Positions 50,965-61,880 of a stretch of DNA of 64,000 nt are shown piece after piece. Source of the stretch: Vicugna vicugna (Eukaryota); contig MU058065.1 of NCBI GenBank assembly GCA_013265495.1, forward strand, positions 9,651,720 to 9,715,719, in the 5' to 3' direction. Made by a program: the position numbers and the translations under genes. Under the pieces are notes generated by a model. That model was given only the letters and a program-made list of their open reading frames with translations, was not told the DNA's origin and ran no database searches. Each line of letters starts with the position of its first letter. Within the stretch, counting starts at the first letter, position 1.

Positions 50965-53900
50965 AGTTCATTTGTGTCTTTTTTTCTTCAGATTCCACAT
51001 ATAAGTGATATCATATGGCATTTTTCTTTCTCTTTCCAGCCCACTTCACTTAGAATGATGATCTCCAGGTCCATCCATGTTGCTGCAAATGACATTATTT
51101 TATTCTTTTTTTATGGCTGAGTAGTATTCCATTGTGTGTATGTATATATATATATATATATACACACACATCTTCTTTATTCAGTCATCTGTTGATGGAC
51201 ATTTGAGTTGTTTCCATGTCTTGGCTATTGTAAATAGTGCTGTTGTGAACATTGGGGTGCTTATGTCTTTTTGAATTTTACTTTTCTCCAGGTATATGCC
51301 CAGTAGTAGGATTGCTGGATCACATGGTAAGTCTATTTTTAGTTTTTTAAGGAACTCCATACTGTCCTCCATAGTGGCTGCACCAATCTACACTCCCATC
51401 AACAGTGTAGGAGGGTTCCCTTTTCTCCACACCCTCTCCAACATCTATCATTTGTAGACTTTTTAATGATGGCAATTCTGGCTGGTGTGAGGTGATATCT
51501 CATTGTAGTTTTGGTCTGCATTTCACTGACAATTAGCGATGCTGAACACTTTTTCATGTGCCTATTTGCCATTTGTATGTCTTCAATGGAGAATTACTGG
51601 TTTAGGTCTTCTGCCCATTTTTGGATTAGGTTGTTTCTTTTTTTGATTTTAAGGTGTATGAGCTGTTTGTATATTTTGAAATTGGTCCCTTGTAGGTTGC
51701 ATCATTTGCAAATGTTTTCTCCCATTCTGTAGGTTGTCTTTTCATTTTGTTGATGGTATCCTTAGCTGTGCAAAAGCTTTTAATTAGATCCCATTTGTTT
51801 ATTTTTATTTTTATTTCCATTACTCCAGGAGCTGGTTCAAAAAATATATTGCCGTGATTTATGTCCGAGAGTGTTCCGCCTATTTTTTCCTCTAGGAGTT
51901 TTATAGTATTTGCTTTTACATTTAGGTCTTTAATCCATTTTGAGTTTATTTTTGTATATAGTGTTAGAGAATGTTCTAATTTCAGCCTTTTACATTCAGC
52001 TGTCCAATTTTCGCAGCATCACTTAGCAAAGAGACTGTCTTTTCTCCTTTGTATATTCTTGCCTCCTTTGCTGTAGATTAATTGACCATAAGTGTGTGGG
52101 TTTATTTCTAGGCTCTCTGTCCTTTCCATTGATCTATGTGTCTTTTTCTGTGCCAGTACCATACTGTTTTTATTAACATAGCTTTGTAGTATAGTCTGAA
52201 GTCAAGGCTCATGATTCCTCTAGCTCTGTTCTTCTTAAGATTGTTTTGAATATTTGAGGTCTTTTATGTTTCCATATAAATTTTAAAATTATTTATTCTA
52301 GTTCTGTGAAAAATGCCATTGGTATTTTGATGGGGATTACATTGAATCTGTAGATTGCCTTGGGTAGTATGGTTATTTTAACAATATTGATTGTTCTGAT
52401 CCAAGAACACAGTGTATCTTTCCATCTTTTTGTGTCATCTTCAGTTTCTTTCATTAGTTTCTTATAGTTTTCTGAGTACAGGTCTTTTATCTCTTTAGGT
52501 AGTTTTACTCCTAATTTTTGATGTGATAGTATTTTCTTTTATTTTTTGATGTGATAGTAAATGGAATTGTTTTCTTAATTTCTCTTTCTGATAGTTTGTT
52601 TTTAGTGTATAGAAATGCAACAGATTCCTGTATATTAATTTTGTATCCTGAAACTTTACCAAATTCATTGATGAGCTCTAGTAGTTTTCTGATGGCATCT
52701 TTAGGGTTTTCTATGTATAGTATCATGTCATCTGCAAACAGTGAGAGTTTTACTTCTTCCTTTCCAATTTGGATTCCTTTTACTTCTTTTTCTTCTCTGA
52801 TGGCTGGGACTTCCAAAACTATGCTGAATAAAAGTGGTGAGAATGGGCATTCTTGTCTTGTTTCTGATCTTAGAGGAAATGCGTTCAGCTTTTCACCATT
52901 AAGTATGGTGTTAGCTGTGGGTTTGTCATATATGGTTTTTATTATGTTGAGGTATGTCCCCTCTGTGCCTACCTGCTGGAAAGTTATTATCATAAATGGA
53001 TGTTGAATTTTATCAAAAGCTTTTTCTGCATCTATTGAGATGATCATATGGTTTTTATTCTTCAGTTTGTTAATGTGTTCTATCACATTGATTGATTTGC
53101 AGGTAATAAGAAATCCTTGCATCTCTGGGATAAATCCCACTTGATCATGTTGTATGATCCTTTTAATGTATTGTTTGATTTGGTTTTCTAGTATTTTGTT
53201 GAGGATTTTTGCATCTATATTCATAAGTGATATTGGCGATAATTTCCTTTTTTTGTGATATCCTTGTCTTGTTTTGGTATCAGGATGATTATGGCCTCAT
53301 AGAATGAGTTCAGGAGTGTTCTTTCGTCTGCAATTTTTTTGGAATAATTTCAGAAGGATAGACATTAACTCTTCTCTAAATGTTTGGTAGAATTCACCTG
53401 TGAAGCCTTCTGGTCCTGGCCTTTCATTTGTTGGGAGTTTTTAAATTACTGATTCAGTTTCAGTACTGGTAATTGGTCTATTCATATTTCATATTTCTTC
53501 CTGGTTCAGTCTTGGGAGATTATACCTTTCTAAGAATTTGTTCATTTCTTCTAGGTTTTCCATTATGTTGATGTATGGTTGCTCATAGTATTATTCTCTT
53601 ATGCGCTTTTGTATTCCTGTGGTGTTGACTGTAATTTTTCCTTTTTCACTTCAGATTTTATTGATTTGGGCTCTCTCCCTTTTTTTCTTGATGAATCTGG
53701 CTAAGGGTTTCAATTTTATCTTTTCAAAGTACTAGCTTTTAGTTTCATTGATCTTTTCTTTCTTTTTCTTTTTTCTTTCTTTCTACTAACTTTGGGTTTT
53801 GTTTGTTCTTCTTTGTCTGGTTGCTTTAGGTGTAAAGTTAGGTTGTTTATTTGAGATGTTTCTTGTTTCCTGAGGTAAGCTTGTATCACTATAAACTTCC

Positions 53901-54280
53901 CTCTTAGAACTACTTTTGCTGCATCTTGTTGGTATTGGATCATCATGTTTTTGTCTTCATTTGTCTCTAGGTATTTTTTTATTTCCTCAGTGATTCACTG
54001 GTTGGTTAGTAATATATAATTTAGCCTCCATGTATTTGTATTTTTTGCAGTTTTTTTCTTGTAGTTGCTCTTAGTCACATAGCATTGTGTTAGAAAAGAT
54101 GCTTGATATGATTTCAATTTTTAAAAATTTACCAAGGCTTGTTTTGTGGCCTGGCATGTGATCTGTCCCAGGGAATGTTCCGTGTGTCCTTGAAAAGAAT
54201 GTACATTCTGCTACTTTTGGATGGAATGTTTTATATATAGTAATTAATTCTGTCTTGACCAGACTAATAGTCATTAAGGC
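50965..54280 (-). mobile_element. 5'-truncated LINE-1, decayed ORF2 (endonuclease C-half, RT, C-terminal domain)
   Basis: Collinear minus-strand ORF pieces: endonuclease 'YKTFHPKVAECTFFSRTHGTF..DHM.GHK' (54071-54274); 'AKVVLRGKFIVIQAYLRK'; RT '[43 protein letters not shown]'; 'KINKWDLIK..CTAKDT'; 'DPAILLLGIY..TPMFTTALFTIAKTWKQ'. Confidence 0.97.
52511..53224 (-). pseudogene. L1 ORF2 reverse transcriptase fragment (237-aa open stretch)
   Basis: Contains the L1 RT catalytic motif FADD and '[11 protein letters not shown]' (canonical QGCPLSP altered); neighbouring ORF2 parts are in other frames. Confidence 0.95.
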
Positions 54281-54917
54281 AGGTTAATCTTCTGTGAATA
54301 AATAATTATTTTTGTAGACAAAAATATGGATAGTATATGGAAAAATAGGCTGTTGATATAATGGAAGCCTTAAAAATAGTTAAACCTCAATTATATATGT
54401 TCATTAAAAAGTCAAAGATAATACAAGGGATAAATATCTCAGAAATAACCTGGTATGTTTATGTGCTTATATGATTGTTAGAGCAGATTTTCTTCCATAA
54501 TTAAAATGTTTAAGGCTGACATCAAAAATAATTTGTGTTCTCTGAGTTTCTACCAACTAATAACATGGTGAGGCCATATAAAAATACTCAGTGTTGGAGG
54601 TCAGATAGCCTAGAAGTAAAACATTCATTTTGTGCAGCTAATTTACTAAGTGAATAAAACACATCTGGGTAATTGAGAATTATCTTCAGGCAGGAAAAAA
54701 ATACGAAAACATGATAGCTACACACACAAAAATGCAAAAGTCCCCAAGTGTTTGCAACACGTATTAATAATTATTTCATTGTGTATATAAAATATTTGCT
54801 AAATTAAGTCTTGCAGATTCTCAAACCACGTAGTGTGGGATCTATCATAGCTGTACTAAGAAGTAATAAAATTGTATGTTGGCAAGTTACCTGCTTCCCT
54901 TACTTAGGAGTTTTTCT

Positions 54918-56440
54918 CAGGGCTATCTTTAGGATGTACAGCACCTCAGGCAAAATTTTTTGGTAGGGTCTCTATAGAAAAATTTTGATTTCAAAAAGTG
55001 TCATAAAATTCATGGACCTCTATGAAGTGTGGTAATTTTTAATCAAGCTTCAGAATAATGGATAAAGTAGAGCTATTTACATGTTTGTTTATTGTCTAAT
55101 TATTGTATGTAAAGAATCTTCATAGTAGCTAGTATGTAGTCACTGTTTTCTTGTTCTTGATTGTCAAATGCATGGTTCCTGGCTAATTTTCTATCTCCCA
55201 CCATGTGAGAAAAAGGTAGAAATGCTTTTATTGTTCACAGTGCCATGGCTTTTCAGATCCTGTTTGAATTGGAACAATATAGATCTTCTTGCCTCTGTAG
55301 TTGCTAATATCATTTATTTAAGTTACATCATCACACATGAGTCTGCATCACCCATCATGCCACAAACACTGGTTTTCCCAAGACTGTCTCAAAGGTTGTT
55401 CCTGTGCTTTGTTGATGATGGCCACGAATGCAAGGCTTATCCAGTACATGCAGCAAAATGTAAATGATAAGCTATTTTCTGGTCATGTCAAATTTAGTGT
55501 TAGAATTTTATAGCATAAACATAGAATGATACATCCACTGATTATGCCCTCTCTTCAACTCTTTAGATGACCAGAGCATTCTTAGAATACGATCTCTTTC
55601 AGTGTTGGCTTCTGCCATTTCTAACAGTGTGGAAGATAGGTGAGACCCATGGGAGACAAAAAGAGTGGTCCCTTTTATATAAGAAACATCCTTCCCTTGT
55701 CCAGCACAGTTTAATACCAACTTAGCAGGGAACAACATCAACACATGATATAAGGCAAGAGAGGACATGGATTGGAAGAATCTCTGGGCACAGGGGAACA
55801 AAGGGCTTGAAAATTCTTTGGGGAGATGGTTGAGGTAACCCTGGGGAAACAGGCTGACATGTGATATGGAACCTGAGGAGGAAGTAGAGTGACAGCCTGG
55901 GTGAAGGATACCTGTTGCCACCTTGCCCCATTGGTGCTATAGACAGGAGGTGGCACCTCTGTCTAAAGAACTTTTTTACCTGCCCACATGCCTGGCTCAA
56001 GCCCAGGGGTTGGCAGTTCACCATCAGTATCCCAGAACCCTGGACTTGTCCCATGTCCCTCAGAAATGTGGGTTTCCCAAATCAGTATGTCAGCACTACT
56101 CCAGAGGCCCAACCTCATTTAGACTCTCATGGCTTCATGAAAGAAATGCCCTGCTATTTAGGAGAGCTTTCCTCCTGAAGGCTCTCTGGGGCATTTGGTT
56201 TATCCCTTGCATGTGGCGTAGATAGCACTCTGAAGGGGAGAAATGGAAACTGGGGGCCCACAAGGGTCCTTATCTGATCTGATTCTTCCTTCCTGTCTGA
56301 TGACATTGCCAGCCCTGGCTGGTCCCAGGCACCAGAGGGGAACTTAGAAAATTTCTTGGAATGTTATTTAAGGCATAGGACTCCCTGAGGAGCAGGCACA
56401 GGACAGGGGCCCTGCTTGCCTAGGGCTAAGGGTAGTGCGA
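54918..56440 (-). mobile_element. hAT-Tip100-superfamily transposon relic (~1.5 kb, ORSL-like)
   Basis: Imperfect TIRs ('cagggctatctttagg' and 'ctaagggtagtgcg'); degenerate 8-bp TSD gtttttct/gatttcct; minus strand ~55515-55280 gives YKILTLNLT*PENSLS ... IND/LATTEARR, like hAT 'RILLTxPVTxASxERSFS...INDFAxxKAR'. Confidence 0.6.
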
Positions 56441-57239
56441 GATTTCCTCATAGCTTCTCTGTTGCAATTCATCTCTCTAGCAATTGCCTCATATAATCTT
56501 GGGGTTTATTCTTAAATTGCTGCTGAGTTACTAGTAAAGTGCCCTCCTCCATGTCCCAGTAGGCAACTTTTAGCAATGTGTTTTTAGAACAGCTCTCTGC
56601 AGTGGAGAAGAGGAATTGTAAGATTTTAAGAGCAAATCACACAATCTTCAAAAATTAACATAAATTCTTAAGCATTCACATTAAGTTTAATAGTCCATCT
56701 CCATTTCAGAGCAGTGGATCAAGCTCTGAAGAGGAGCTTTCAGCTCATGGGTTCCTCACACAGAGAAAATGCTCATGGAAATTGGGGCCATTATTATTGC
56801 TTACTGTGTTTTCATTTAAATTGATGAAAGCAGGACAACTTGTCACTCTAGTAGAAAAAAATTGAGTATATGAGTTTTGTGGAAGCTTCAAGAGGTGCAA
56901 TTTATGACTGGTAATGTCAATCTATTTTTTAATGTCTAGTCCTATTCAAAGAACAATGAAAGGTAGTGGAAGTCTCTTTGTCTTTTGTACTTGGAAGAAA
57001 CAGATGTGAAAAATTGGTATTCTAAATCCATAGATCAAACATTGTAGTTTCAGAACTTTAGATGACAATAATTAGAAAGAAATGCATCTTTTGTGGAAAA
57101 AATAAAATGCTTTTTATTTCTTTGGTGTTGCTATGGAGAAGAGATGTGGTAATGGTCAGAGGGTGGAACTTTATTCTTGTTCTGAAGCATAAATTCCTGA
57201 CTTCAGTTTAATTTGAACTGACTTATTCTACTTTTCTGT

Positions 57240-57330
57240 TTTCCCCCTCGTCCTCCACCTCTCCCACTTCCTCCTCCTCTTCCTCTTCTTCTTCCTCCTT
57301 CTTTTTATCTTTCTTCTTCTTTTTTTGGTT
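57240..57330. repeat. CT-rich low-complexity tract
   Basis: 'cctcctcctcttcctcttcttcttcctccttctttttatctttcttcttcttttttt'. Confidence 0.85.
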
Positions 57331-57810
57331 CGCTTCTTCACATGTGAGGAAATTCAGTCAAAACCCTTTTGTAACTAAATAGATGGCTTTCTCCAGAAGT
57401 TATTATTTGCATTTACTATGGAGAAAAATTAGCTGATTCTCTTCCAACATAAGGACTCCTGGGGAACCCATCTGCTCTAAAAGAAGTAGGTGTTTCAGAT
57501 AGAACAATGGGCCTGATATAATAAACTCTATCGATGTCCTTGAGATAATAAATAATCTGTCTTGGTCTTAGGGATGATTCATTCTTGAGCTCTTTGCTCA
57601 TTCTCAGGCAACTATTAAAGAAATAAAAAAGTTACTTCTGTGTAGCTGTGATAAAGAACAATGTGGATCCGTATTTGAAAGTAAGAAAGGAGGACTGACT
57701 GTGGTTATCACAGGAATATATTCTTGGGAGAATGTGGGACAGAGCTGACTTCTTTAATTTCCATTTAAAACCTTTTTGCATCATTTGAATTTCCTTACTA
57801 TGTTTCATTA

Positions 57811-58297
57811 TGTGGTAGGCAGAATTCTAAGATGAACCCAAGATTTACCACCTCCGTAGAGTATGTACCCTGCATAATCCCAAGATCTGTGAATATGATG
57901 AATTTTTACTCTTGTGATTTTATTGTGTTACACGGTATAATTTACTTTGAGAGAGATTATCTGGGTGGTCCTGACTAATCACATGCAGAAAGTTTTCTTT
58001 TGCTGCTTGATGAAGAGGAAGTCAGAGTTTCAAAGCACAAGGAAGACTGGACATGCCATTGCTGGTTTGAAGACGGAGGGTTCTACACGGTAAGGCATGT
58101 GAGCAGCTTCTGGAGCCGAGAGCAGTCTCGGTTGTCAGCCAGCAAGGAAGTGGGGACATCAGTACTATAACCAAATACAGGGAACTGAATTCTGCTAATA
58201 AGAAAGAGTTTCAAAGTAGATTTTCTCCAGAGCGTCCAGATGAGATACCTTGATTTCAGCCTTGTGATAGATACACTGAGCTGAGAACCCAGCCACA
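57811..58297 (+). mobile_element. MaLR LTR (MLT1E-like), 3'-truncated
   Basis: 'tgtggtaggcagaattctaagatg...gattatctgggtggtcctgactaatcacatg...cagccagcaaggaagtggggacatcagt...gataccttgatttcagccttgtga...gagaacccagcca'. Confidence 0.88.
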
Positions 58298-58959
58298 TAC
58301 AGCAGGGATGATCTGGGCATTACAATTATGGACCGTTCCACCCTACTTAATAATTCTTTAATTAAATTAAAAAAAAAACCTTAGTAAATATTATTTTTAA
58401 AAACCCAAGTCTTATTGTAAGGAGAATATGTACTCTTTCAAAATTGGATAAAAAGTTACTTTACCTAAAATAAGTCAAATCTTCTCATTGGTTTCTATCG
58501 TGTATTTTTATTTATTCATTTCTGTCTCATCCTAGCAAAGATCAACTAACACACATTAGCAATGTGTTTTCATGAGAGAAAATCCCCTAAAATTAAATAA
58601 ACAAAATACAAACCAAAAACAAAACCAATTTGAAAACTTTCGTCAAGAGAGTGACTAAACAAGCAGTTTATTCCAGGGCACACTGGGACAGCAGTCCGGA
58701 AGGCCATGTCTGCTTGGTTTGCAATGAACCAGTGAATGCAGTGCCTCCATGAGTCTTGGTATACAGTTTATGTGCGATACTTACTTGTGAATTAAAACAA
58801 ATGAATGTGCTTGCTGTCAGTGTTGCATAAAGATATAGGTTTTCTTCCACTCAGAGTCTCCCTTCCACCATTTTGTCTCACACTTTAGAGCAGGGAAACC
58901 TCTATTGCTGTGTATTCTTTACATCCACAAACTTGCACCCTCCAGATTCCTTCCATCTC

Positions 58960-59270
58960 CATCCTGGACATTTACGGTATGTTACACACCTGAGCTACGA
59001 TATCTCCATGAACTATCTTGAGTGACTCTTTCTCAAATAACAATCTTCTGAAGGCTGAAGATTTATTTTCCTTGCAAATTATTTGTTCCCTCTTGCTTTG
59101 CTTCTGTAAATGCTAATACTTTATGTAGGGGGCTCCCAGAACTTTCCCCTTCCTCAATAGATAGAAAGTTCTTAGATAGCAGACTCTTCTCTTATTTGTG
59201 TCTTATCGATGGACCCAGCTCAGGACCTGGCACATACAGATGGCCAATAAATGTTAATAAAACAAAATGG
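58960..59270 (+). mobile_element. L2 fragments including 3' end
   Basis: 'aagttcttagatagcagactcttctcttatttgtgtctt...acccagctcaggacctggcacatacagatggccaataaatgtt'. Confidence 0.6.
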
Positions 59271-60494
59271 ATACCTTAACTGGGGACATGTTTCTTGTAT
59301 ATAAAAACTACTAGTGGTTAATGGATAATTCAGGCGTAACTGCTTATATTTAATCTCTGAAAAGTCTAGCTACCAGATAATTGGGAAAGATCTTTTGGTC
59401 TCTGACAAGAAAAAGACCGATGGCAGAAAGGAAAAAAGAGAGAAAGAGAACTAACAATTGTAATGAAATTACACCCAGCGCACATCAGTCTCCCTTTCTC
59501 TGGTTAATCTCAGGGGCAATCCCATAAGCTAAGATATGCTTTTCTCCATCCATCCTGGGAAGGAGGGAGGGGCTTCTTTTTATTATGTAGGGGCTTAAAA
59601 TGATTGATTTAAAGTCTCTAGGAAATTTGGTTTTTCCAATAAGGGCACATTCCCCAGAATATACTGCCTTTCTCTGCACATCATTGGGGTTCTGGAGATG
59701 ATTAACAGGCAGTGGACCTTGGAGAACAAGGACCTTGGAGCTAATCCCTGAGCGTCTTTAGAGCTTCAAGTGTTTGCAAGCATAGAGTTTCTCCTTAACA
59801 AAGGACATCTTGCCCCTTGTGCTAAATTGGTATCAGGTTTTTTTTTCCCCAGCTCTGAGCTCTGAAGTCTCAATTTAGCATCCAGAAAATTGAGCTGTGT
59901 TCTTTTCCTTTAGTACCTCATTACTAACAATAAAGAGTTGAAGAATTGGAGTGTTGGCTGGCCATTTTGCTCTGATATATGGCAGAGCAGAGTGCAGACT
60001 TGCCTTCTGTCATCTGTAGGACCTCCAGGTTATTGATAGGAGTAGATATTTTTCTACTGGAACATAGAAATGGAATAGTCACATTATATGCTCAGTTTAC
60101 CCCAAATACCAATCCCTTTGACACCCAGGGCTCTACAGGTAACCCACTAGCTAGTGCTGCAAACAACAGGAAGTGGTGTTCTCCCGTTAGAGAACGTATA
60201 ACCACCTTTCAGTGTGATTGGTGACTTGTCTCCTCAGCGCATCGACTGTGCAGCGTAACAGCAGTCTTTCCACAAATGCAGTAAGAAAATTTCTTACAAG
60301 TTCAGGCAAGGATATTTTTGCATTTTCTCTTTCCTTAAGAAAATGTTTGTGCTTTTTCTCAAGGCAGATCCAATCCTGTTAGTAGCTTTCTTTTCCCCAT
60401 GTCTGTGCCTTGAGGAGGGGAAGGAGAACCCAAGAGCCTTCCCTTACAGACCAGGAGTCTGAATCTGAAGGTCTGTCCCGAGGCTCCAACCAGA

Positions 60495-60615
60495 CAGCAG
60501 AGAGTTACAGTCAGCTCACACCATGTTTAAAATGATTTGAGCTAGTTGCCAAAAATTAAAAGCCAGGAGATTTTCATGTAAAAAAGAAATCTAAATTCTA
60601 GCTCTTCTTAAAAGA
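60495..60615 (-). mobile_element. Ancient hAT-Tip100/MamTip-like fragment
   Basis: 'gctagttgccaaaaattaaaagccaggagattttcatgtaaaaaagaaatctaaattctagctcttcttaaaa', reverse-oriented relative of 11135-11300. Confidence 0.5.
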
Positions 60616-61574
60616 AGGGGAGACTTTGGCAACACTGGGCCTGACTTCCCACTTGGCAACTGGAGTCGGGCAGTGGAACCGACTTACCACAATCGAGGGA
60701 GGCTTCTGGAACATAACATCCCTTTTGGGAAACTAGCAAAGGCACCACCTCTAGGTAGATGCATGATGTGGGTGCCCCATCAGAGAGGTCAAGGCCCACT
60801 TTGCCACAACTGCTGCCACTGCCTCAAACCACGTTGCTTATGCGTCAGTCCCTTAGGCATTTGAGTTTGTGAGCACTGCCAGAACCTTGCAGAAAGTCAT
60901 TGCCTGCAGCATACCTCCTGATGAGTGAGGGCTGGGCTGTAGGATTTTCTTTGCTTGCTTCCCCACAGCAATGGAGACACCAGCTTTTTCTTGACTTAGC
61001 TCCTGTTTTCCTTGAGAAGACAGCCGGACAGTTTTTCAGGAGTGATCTTCAGAGACTAGGTCTCTGTATTATCAGGGTTCACCCTACTTCCCAAACCCCC
61101 ACGCTTCCTCCACCCTCTGCTGATTTGGCCATTTGCTTGTATTTTCAGCCTAGGAGAGGATGTGTCCAGACAAGTTAAAGTGATTTCTTCTAGCATGACA
61201 AGGGATATGACTCCTTTAACTTGAAGAGTTTGAGGCAGACTTCTTGTGCCATTTTTGAATTAGCTGATTGTAGTATCTATCTCTGTTGACAGCTTGCACT
61301 TATTAAACTGTGCCCCACAGTGAACCCTGTGGCCACTGACAATGGACAATGCCAAGGAGCTTAGGAGCCCCTCTGTGGCCTGAGCAGACCTGAACAGTAG
61401 TCTCTCTGTGGTTCCCCAAGAACCATGAGCTGTTTTTTCTTAGCATCAGTATGACTATCATTAAAATCATTTACAAAGTGCAGATGTATAAGGGGCAATA
61501 AAATGAAGTTCATACTGTACCATTTGAGAGCTTATAAAGTGATTCATAATTAAGCACAGTTGGGTGATATAATT

Positions 61575-61880
61575 AGGAGCCTGTGTTGGCAGTAGCATGG
61601 ATTTCACTGGGGTTGAGCACTGACACTCAGTAGTTACTTGAACTTGGACAAGTCTTTTAATTCTGTGACCTTCAAAGGAAGAATACTTAAATTGTAACAT
61701 GCTGAATGAGAATTTAGAGTGGTTAAGAACTCTGGCGCTCCCTCTCTCACCACATCTTACTAGTTGGAGTAGTAAATTAACTTCAGAAGTCTCACTGTAA
61801 AAATAATACTTTTGTAATAGGATCCATTTGATTAAATGAGATAATGCTTGTATCTAGCATGTGGTAGGTACACAGTATTC
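61575..61880 (+). mobile_element. Two adjacent MIR fragments
   Basis: 'agtagttacttgaacttggacaagtcttttaattctgtgacc' and 'gagtggttaagaactctgg...ctcactgtaaaaataatact...gattaaatgagataatgcttgta'. Confidence 0.6.

Noticed and set aside
52551..53006. 151-aa plus-strand ORF
   Set aside because: Antisense shadow of L1 ORF2, a common artefact.
55168..56225. Six overlapping ORFs of 72-137 aa
   Set aside because: They lie within a decayed hAT element with higher GC; none is a recognisable protein.
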